Assembly: GCA_038248345.1 (NCBI GenBank)
Contig: JBBRXO010000038.1
Coordinates: forward strand, 1-23,261
Direction: 5' to 3'
From: Armatimonadota bacterium
Lineage (GTDB): Bacteria; Armatimonadota; Hebobacteria; CAIYQO01
DNA length: 23,261 nt
In this document: positions 17,089-23,261 of the stretch, one piece after another
How the letters are laid out: each line of letters opens with the position of its first letter
Position numbering within the stretch: the first letter of the stretch is position 1
Translations under genes and position numbers: made by a program
Notes under the pieces: model-generated
What the model saw: only the letters and a program-made list of their open reading frames with translations
The model's database searches: none
What the model was told of the DNA's origin: nothing

Positions 17089-19137
17089 TTAGAAGTGGAC
17101 ATCAATCTGTCCCATCAGAGCGTGCAGGGTGTTACCGGTGAGGCCAGCTACGTTATTGTCGAGGTTCACACGGCGACCGTAGATGACAGATGCGTCAACG
17201 TTCTTAGCAATGTTTTTGCCCAGAGTGGCAACAACTACATTACCAGCATTGTCGTTGAAGTTACCGTATACGCGGAGTCCGGCTTTCCATGTCTGGTTGG
17301 TGCCGAAGCCGTAGTTCATTTTGCCTTCCCAGCCATTTTTGATGTTGGACTTGCTCAGGAAGAGCGGGCGGTCGATCCAGCTTACTTCATAGCCATTTAC
17401 GTCAGCAAATGGATTCAAAGCAGAGTAGGTCATGGCATAATTTTTACCTAATGAACCGTAACATACGGTAGTATCAAGATTTTTTATGCCCAGCGGAATT
17501 TCAATACCTGCGACAATGGCGCCATCATCACGGGTGAGATCGCCGTAGTCTGTGCTACCTTTGTTGATGGCTGCTTCGCCGAAAATGCGGGTGCCGAGGA
17601 ACGGGCCATCAAAGGAGATGCTGCCGCCCTTTTCTGCGCCAAGGCCACTGATAAGTCCAGTTGCAGTGATGTTGTAGCTACCAGCTTCAAAGCCGATATA
17701 ACCGGCAATAACATGGTTGTCGTGGGTAGGCAACATGACGGTGGACTGACGATTTTTCAGGAACATATCCATACCGAAAGTGAAACTTCCAGCTTCGGTT
17801 TCTGCTACTAGACCAGTAAGTGGTGCGCCGGTGGTGTCGAACAAAAGGCCCATGCCATGTTTTACACCATTGCGTCCGAGCATCATGTCGAATTCCTGAC
17901 CGAAGATTTTGGTGTCAAAGTCAGCAGCCCATTTGTACAGCTGAACCTGATCGGTCATTGCAAGACCGGAATATACTCCCGGTGTTGGGATAGCAGATGG
18001 ATATGCCGAGGAGATTGCGCGAAGCGTCGCTGATATGGAAGAGTCTGCGGAGATTGCCTGTTTGAGGGTGACATCAACGATGGATACACCCGAGGTTGTT
18101 CCGCGCTGTGCATCTTTGCGCATGCCCAGATCGTTATTTGCGACGGAGCCTAGCAGTACGTTGTCTTTGGATACATTTTCAGCATCCGAAGGTTTCTGTT
18201 CCAGGTAGGTGCCCATCAAGCCGTAGCGATAATGTGCATCTACGCCGATCTGTACCGATGACATCATGGAGCCATTTCCGTTGTTGCCGCCGGATACTAC
18301 ACCGCCGGTGCCCATTACTTTTTCGAGGGCGGCCAGGCGCTGGTCGTACAGTGCGTAGTTGCCGCGCATTAGTTCGATTTCAGGCAGCACGGTTTTGATC
18401 ATGCTGGTGATCTGTGCGAGAGCGGCTTTCTCTTCTTTGGTCAGCTGTGCGCCAGCGGGGCCAGCAACGCCAGCTACTCCGGTTTCGCCTTTGTCGCCTT
18501 TAGCGCCAGTTGCGCCCACGGTGCCGTTGCCGGTACCGGTTCCGTTACCTGCGGGGCCAACATTTCCGGGTACGCCTTGTGCGCCTTCCGGACCACGCAT
18601 ACCAGTTGTGCCGGTTGCGCCGGTTGCGCCGGTTTCACCCTTGGTGCCAGCGGCGCCTTGCATGCCGGTATCACCTTTGATACCCTGCACACCCTGAACT
18701 CCCGGCAAGCCCATCGGGCCCATCACGCCGTTCTGTCCCTGGTTGCCTTGTACGCCCTGAGGGCCTTGAACGCCCTGCATGCCACGCTCACCAGCTACAC
18801 CGGCAGGGCCGGTCAGCTTGGCGGCCAGTGCCGGATTGTTCATGATCTCTTTGACGAGACCGGCAACAATCTGATCCTGGGTTGCGGTGGGGGACATGTT
18901 CATTTTCAGCATCAGGCGCGCCATCATCTGGGCAACCTCATACCGGGTCATGGGGCGGTCACCACCAAAGGTGCCATCCGGATAACCGATGAACAATCCT
19001 GCGTTGGATACTGTCGTGACAGCCGGGATAGCCCAGTGGGCTTCCGGGATGTCGGTGTAGGTTGTTGCTTGGGCAAAAGTCGGGATGACTGATGCCATGA
19101 GCGCTCCAACCATGAGTACACCTAGATACTTTCTCAT
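17089..19137 (-). CDS. SLH-domain outer-membrane protein (OmpM-like) with collagen-like stalk and C-terminal putative beta-barrel
   Basis: Sec signal (MRKYLGVLMVGALMASVIPTFA), SLH motif (YTDIPEAHWA...GYPDGTFGGDRPMTRYEVA), Gly-X-Y run at aa 110-231, coiled coil (EIELMRGNYALYDQRLAALEK), about 390 aa of amphipathic beta-strands ending QIDVHF; AAGGAGG SD. Confidence 0.8.
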   Translation of the reverse strand: MRKYLGVLMVGALMASVIPTFAQATTYTDIPEAHWAIPAVTTVSNAGLFIGYPDGTFGGDRPMTRYEVAQMMARLMLKMNMSPTATQDQIVAGLVKEIMNNPALAAKLTGPAGVAGERGMQGVQGPQGVQGNQGQNGVMGPMGLPGVQGVQGIKGDTGMQGAAGTKGETGATGATGTTGMRGPEGAQGVPGNVGPAGNGTGTGNGTVGATGAKGDKGETGVAGVAGPAGAQLTKEEKAALAQITSMIKTVLPEIELMRGNYALYDQRLAALEKVMGTGGVVSGGNNGNGSMMSSVQIGVDAHYRYGLMGTYLEQKPSDAENVSKDNVLLGSVANNDLGMRKDAQRGTTSGVSIVDVTLKQAISADSSISATLRAISSAYPSAIPTPGVYSGLAMTDQVQLYKWAADFDTKIFGQEFDMMLGRNGVKHGMGLLFDTTGAPLTGLVAETEAGSFTFGMDMFLKNRQSTVMLPTHDNHVIAGYIGFEAGSYNITATGLISGLGAEKGGSISFDGPFLGTRIFGEAAINKGSTDYGDLTRDDGAIVAGIEIPLGIKNLDTTVCYGSLGKNYAMTYSALNPFADVNGYEVSWIDRPLFLSKSNIKNGWEGKMNYGFGTNQTWKAGLRVYGNFNDNAGNVVVATLGKNIAKNVDASVIYGRRVNLDNNVAGLTGNTLHALMGQIDVHF
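18445..18810 (-). repeat. Collagen-like Gly-X-Y repeat (29 triplets + GNGTGTGN + 9 triplets)
   Basis: Counted from the translation GPAGVAGER...GNVGPA-GNGTGTGN-GTVGAT...GPAGAQ. Confidence 0.92.
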
Positions 19138-19332
19138 GTGCTTTCCTCCTTTAACGATTACTACTGCCTATTATAGTGCGAATTCCGTGGGAGAGAAGAG
19201 CAGCTACCTTTAGTTACCTACTCGTCCCGAACACGGCTAATCGCCTTGGCTCGCTGAAACTACACCTTAAAAATGCTCTACCTTGTTCTACATCTTTATA
19301 ATGCTTCCATGCTTTCTTTAAGCATTAAAAGT

Positions 19333-19361
19333 ATTTTATCATGCGGAAATAGGCCTGTCAA
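19333..19361 (-). promoter_or_regulatory. Near-consensus sigma70 promoter for the SLH-collagen gene
   Basis: Minus strand TTGACA-N17-TAAAAT with TG extension and AT-rich upstream DNA, about 195 nt before the ATG. Confidence 0.75.
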
Positions 19362-19628
19362 TTTAATTCTTGTCTAATTTTCATACTATTTGTCACTATT
19401 TGGTTGTTTTTTACGACTTCTTGGAACTATTTTTCATTATTTGCCTATATTGGTGCACATTAGCCGTAAATACATAGGTGGAATTTCCGCATTTCGTGGT
19501 GGCTAATCCACGGCAGAGCTTCACATAATGCACGTACTTGACACTGGCGATAAGTAGCTGTACCTTGGTGATGGGGTACCCAGAAGAAACTGGTGAGTAC
19601 TACCGAATAAAAGGCGAAGGAAAAAAAC

Positions 19629-21314
19629 ATGCATACTAGAACCATTAACATCTGGCACTTGGTTTGCCTAGGGTTATTCCTGGCAACTGCAGGCTGCGCG
19701 CAACCGCCTACGGTTGTCGGCATAAAGCCTACCGACCGTGTCCTCTTCGTGGGTGACAGCATCACCGGGCAGGGCGGAAACGGCGGATTTGTCGTCATGA
19801 TGCGCGCAGCTTATAAGGAAGTTCACCCGAATTCAACAGCTACCTTCATCCCCCTCGGTGGCAGTGGACAGACAGTCGGTAGCTGGGGCGGCATGGAAAA
19901 ATCCAGTCGGGGCAAAGACGCCAAAGACAATGATCTGGATGTCAAAGGTTTCGGCCTCAAATCCAATCTGGACCAACCCGCTGATGTGGTGGTCATCATG
20001 CTCGGTATGAATGACATCCTATGTCCCTATATGGGGGAAAAGACCGCCGATTATGATAATTGGGCCGCACAGTATACCACGCTGCTAACTGCGCTGCGCG
20101 AACGGTTGAAGTCTCCGGCAACAACACAGCCCGATCCGGTGAAGCCCCGCATTATCGCCCTGGCGACCTTTACCAATAATACCGACGACATGAACTCTCC
20201 TAAAAATATAGTACGCGCAGAACTCAATAAGCGTGTGGTAGAGATCGCCCGCGCCAATGGCTGTGTGCTGCTGCCCGTCGGGCAAGCTGTAGAAGCCCTA
20301 TTATATGAAGGACGCACATTGCAGCCGGACTTCCATGTGACGAATGATCTGGTACACCCTAACCAACTCGGTCATGCGGCTATCGCCCAAGCTATGCTGG
20401 CAGGTCTGGGGGAAACGGCGGCGGCAAAAAAAGTGGAAGAAAAGTATCTGACACCATTCTTCAACGACCCCAAACTCTATCCCGCGCTCTCCTATACGTT
20501 GGAGCTGGTCGCGACGCCACTGGTGGATAGCCAGGTAACCTACAAATTGAATTACTGGTGGACACCTGTACTGACCCAGAAGATACCCATCTCCAAAGTA
20601 ACGCTGCAAGCGCCAGCTGACTGGACAGTAACTCCGGCCATGCAAATGACCTCCGCGGGAAGCTTTACCATCACCGGTACTCCTGATAAGTTAGTTAATG
20701 TCATGACACTACGCGCCCAATCCGGCGAACTCAGCAAAGAGCTAACCATTAATATCCCCGCTCCCTGGCTAATCGGCTCCGGTATAGTAAGCTACGAAGC
20801 CTGGCCTGGACAGAAGTTCAATGTAGAAGGTTCCAAATTTCCCTTTGAAGCCGCATTGATAAAAGGTGAAGGACTCGGCGAACCGCAGAAAATAAATAAT
20901 GGGGAGACCATGAAATGGAAGCGCTACAGCGCCAGTGTAAATTACGTGGGGGGTAGTGATCCGGGCAGCGTAGACCTGACGCAGGTAAGTTTTGCCAGAA
21001 CCTTTGAAGCGGCCTACTGCGCCCGGTGGATATATAGCCCCACAGCACGCCCGCTCAATCTGGAGATCGGCGCCAACACCTTCGCTGGTAGCCCAGCGTT
21101 GACAATATACATGAACGAAAAACAATGCTTTTCAAGTGTGCTTGAACACACTACCGTCACCACCACACTCAATAAGGGTTGGAACCTGCTGTTGGTGAGA
21201 TCCAATCATTTAACATGGCAGTGGCAATTCTTCTGCAAATTATCCGGAGCTGCGGGTGATGATTTGAATGACCTCCGCTTCTCAGCATCCAGCATAAAAC
21301 CAGAAACGAAGTAA
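19629..21314 (+). CDS. SGNH/GDSL hydrolase lipoprotein with C-terminal beta-sandwich domains
   Basis: Lipobox-like LATAG-C; blocks FVGDSIT, GGSG, MLGMND, DLVHPN; C-terminal ARWIYSP...LNKGWNLLLVR region. Confidence 0.8.
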   Translation: MHTRTINIWHLVCLGLFLATAGCAQPPTVVGIKPTDRVLFVGDSITGQGGNGGFVVMMRAAYKEVHPNSTATFIPLGGSGQTVGSWGGMEKSSRGKDAKDNDLDVKGFGLKSNLDQPADVVVIMLGMNDILCPYMGEKTADYDNWAAQYTTLLTALRERLKSPATTQPDPVKPRIIALATFTNNTDDMNSPKNIVRAELNKRVVEIARANGCVLLPVGQAVEALLYEGRTLQPDFHVTNDLVHPNQLGHAAIAQAMLAGLGETAAAKKVEEKYLTPFFNDPKLYPALSYTLELVATPLVDSQVTYKLNYWWTPVLTQKIPISKVTLQAPADWTVTPAMQMTSAGSFTITGTPDKLVNVMTLRAQSGELSKELTINIPAPWLIGSGIVSYEAWPGQKFNVEGSKFPFEAALIKGEGLGEPQKINNGETMKWKRYSASVNYVGGSDPGSVDLTQVSFARTFEAAYCARWIYSPTARPLNLEIGANTFAGSPALTIYMNEKQCFSSVLEHTTVTTTLNKGWNLLLVRSNHLTWQWQFFCKLSGAAGDDLNDLRFSASSIKPETK

Positions 21315-21357
21315 CATCCCTGCTAATTGGGTGATGCATCGTTGTAAACACCAGTAC

Positions 21358-21389
21358 TGTTAGCCCAGCCATGAACGGCTGGGCTAACA
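21358..21389. terminator. Hairpin downstream of the SGNH gene
   Basis: TGTTAGCCCAGCC-ATGAAC-GGCTGGGCTAACA, 13-bp perfect stem; no U tract. Confidence 0.5.
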
Positions 21390-21441
21390 CGCAGATGGCT
21401 TGTAAATATGAAAGAAACTCTTGCGTAAAACGCGCCAGCTC

Positions 21442-21470
21442 TTGCATCCAACCCCGCCCTCTGTTATAAT
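21442..21470 (+). promoter_or_regulatory. sigma70 promoter of rpsT
   Basis: TTGCAT-N17-TATAAT with TG extension, 43 nt upstream of the GTG start. Confidence 0.75.
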
Positions 21471-21513
21471 TCCCTAGTTGTAAATAGCGACATTTACCTG
21501 AAGGAGCATATCT

Positions 21514-21789
21514 GTGCCCAATACTAAATCGGCGAAAAAAGACCTGTTGACCAATCGACGTAATCAACTGCGTAACCAGGCGGTGAAATCACGCTTAAAA
21601 ACCCTGCGCACTAAAGCGCAAGTAGCGGTGAAGACCGACGGCGCAACAGCAGTACCAGCGGTGCTGGATGCCTTGAAAGCGTTCGACAGCGCGGCCACCA
21701 AGGGCGTAATTCACAAGAACACCGCCGCCCGCCGCAAATCACGCCTGGCAAAACAGCTTAATGCTGCAACTAAATCAGCGCAGGCCTGA
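21514..21789 (+). CDS. rpsT: 30S ribosomal protein S20
   Basis: MPNTKSAKK...RNQAVKSRLKT...DSAATKGVIHKNTAARRKSRL; AAGGAG SD, GTG start. Confidence 0.97.
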   Translation: MPNTKSAKKDLLTNRRNQLRNQAVKSRLKTLRTKAQVAVKTDGATAVPAVLDALKAFDSAATKGVIHKNTAARRKSRLAKQLNAATKSAQA

Positions 21790-21814
21790 TCGTAACAACT
21801 TAACCCGAATTTAT

Positions 21815-21852
21815 CGGGGTGTTTTCCCGGCATCACCGGTGAAAACACCCCG
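21815..21852 (+). terminator. Terminator-like hairpin after rpsT
   Basis: CGGGGTGTTTTC-CCGG...CCGG-T-GAAAACACCCCG stem followed by TGTTGT. Confidence 0.65.
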
Positions 21853-21870
21853 TGTTGTCGTTGGTAGTAC

Positions 21871-22013
21871 GTTCAATGTTCAATGTTCAATGTTCAATGT
21901 TCAATGTTCAATGTAACATGGGCGTCCCACCTTCTCGTGTGCGCCATTCGAGAGCCTCATGACCTTCGGGGACACCCCGTACTACATTCAACGTTGAACA
22001 TTGAACATTGAAC
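21871..22013. repeat. Heptamer tandem repeats in inverted orientation enclosing a degenerate REP-like doublet
   Basis: (GTTCAAT)x6 at 21871-21912; GTTGAAC-ATTGAAC-ATTGAAC at 21993-22013. Between them GTAACATGGGCGTCCC ... GGGACACCCCGTACTAC. Confidence 0.8.
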
Positions 22014-22042
22014 CGATATACTATACCGAGGGGGAAAGAGCA

Positions 22043-23164
22043 GTGGAAAAAGTACTACTATATGATACCACCTTGCGCGATGGGGCGCAGACGGCAGGGA
22101 TCGCCTTCTCGGTCAATGATAAAATTCGCATTGTGAAGCACCTGGATGCGCTGGGGATGGATTATATCGAGGGCGGCTGGCCTTCGCCCGCCAATGCACG
22201 CGATCTTGAATTCTTTCACGCCATGCGTGACATTCCCCTTTCCCACGCCAAATTCGCCGCTTTTGGCTCCACTTGCCGCGCCGGGGTAGTGGCTAGTGAA
22301 GACGCACAACTGTTGCAACTCGTCGCTTTCGGCGTCCCAGTGGTCACCATCTTCGGCAAAACGTGGGATTTACACGTGACCGAAGCGCTGCGTATCCCCC
22401 TGGAAGAGAATATCCGCATGATCGAGGATTCGGTAGCTTTCCTCGTCAGCACCGGTGTTGAGGTGATCTACGACGCGGAGCATTACTTCGACGGCTACCT
22501 GGCCAACCCCGCCTATGCGCTGGAGACCTTGCGCGCGGCGGCACGGGGCGGCGCCCAGTGCATCGTGCTCTGCGATACCAACGGCGGACGCCTGCCCACG
22601 GAAGTGCGCGAGATGCTGCGCCTGGCGCAACAGACGGTGAGCGTGCCCATCGGAATGCACGCGCACAACGACGGCGAACTGGCGGTGGCGAACACACTGG
22701 TGGCCATCGAAGACGGCGTACGGCATATCCAGGGCACCATGAACGGCTACGGCGAGCGCTGCGGCAACGCCAACCTGTGCAGCATCATCCCCACGTTGGA
22801 GCTGAAGATGGGCTATGCGGCACTGCCGGAAGGGAAACTGCAACATTTATACGAGGCCGCGCACTTCGTCGCCGAGATCGCCAATGTCCACGCCCCCGAG
22901 CAATCCGCCTATGTGGGCAGCAGCGCCTTTGCGCACAAGGGCGGCGTGCATATAGATAGTATAATGAAGGTGAAGCGCAGCTACGAGCATATCACCCCGG
23001 AACTGGTGGGCAACCACACGCACCTGCTGGTGAGTGACCAGGCGGGTGGGAGCACCGTGGTGGATGCCGCGCGCAAGATGGGCATTGAGCTGGAGAAGAA
23101 ATCCCCGGCGGCGCGCGCCATCCTTGAACGTATGAAGGATGCCGAGAACGCGGGCTACTCCTTC
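22043..23164 (+). CDS. cimA: Citramalate synthase (LeuA family), 3'-incomplete
   Basis: Absent from the ORF track because it has no stop. Hand translation from GTG 22043: EKVLLYDTTLRDGAQT..DYIEGGWP..AFGST..TIFGKTWDLHV..DAEHYFDG..LCDTNGG..HAHND..GYGERCGNANL..AFAHKGGVH..YEHITPELVGN..ENAGYSF. Genuine sequence ends at about 23164. Confidence 0.9.
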
Positions 23165-23261
23165 GTACGTTCAAGGATGGCGCGCGCCGCCGGGGATTTC
23201 TTCTCCAGCTCAAGGCCCATCGTGCGCGCGGCATCCACCACGGTGCTCCCACCCGCCTGGT
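23037..23261. other. Fold-back inverted duplication at the window end (probable chimera/assembly artifact)
   Basis: 23159-23261 is the reverse complement of 23037-23139 (103 bp, 3 mismatches) with a 19-nt loop. Confidence 0.9.

Noticed and set aside
19138..19620. Known riboswitch (c-di-GMP, c-di-AMP) in the divergent intergenic region
   Set aside because: I could not find the conserved GEMM or ydaO core motifs by eye; only generic hairpins are present.
21871..21912. Possible CRISPR array
   Set aside because: These are 7-bp tandem units without spacers, and no cas genes are in the window.
23165..23261. Novel C-terminal sequence of CimA
   Set aside because: It is the reverse complement of upstream cimA sequence, not real coding continuation.

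Overview
Bacterial chromosomal window, moderately GC-rich. The mix of RNase Y, GuaB3, PdxT, an SLH-anchored beta-barrel protein and a DUF1559-like prepilin suggests a diderm Terrabacteria lineage such as Armatimonadota; this is inference only. Left end (1-3100), accessory region: an MNT nucleotidyltransferase, a truncated HEPN gene joined to a headless RHH antitoxin remnant, a DUF3239-like membrane protein and an ABC-ATPase+TOPRIM (OLD/PARIS-like) nuclease. Next come guaB3, then an AT-richer islet holding an orphan IS200/IS605-type end, a small hypothetical gene and a methyltransferase broken by one TGA, then pdxT and nifU. A long minus-strand run follows: pilB-pilT-pilC-pilD-prepilin-recA-recX-rny, with rny apparently starting at ATA. 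Upstream of it lies a gene with a near-consensus promoter encoding signal peptide + SLH + collagen (38 Gly-X-Y) + coiled coil + beta-barrel. This is a candidate OmpM-type outer-membrane tether with a collagen stalk and the most unusual item here. The right end has an SGNH lipoprotein, rpsT, a nested heptamer/REP-like inverted element and a partial cimA. The last ~100 nt are a fold-back inverted copy, probably an artifact.
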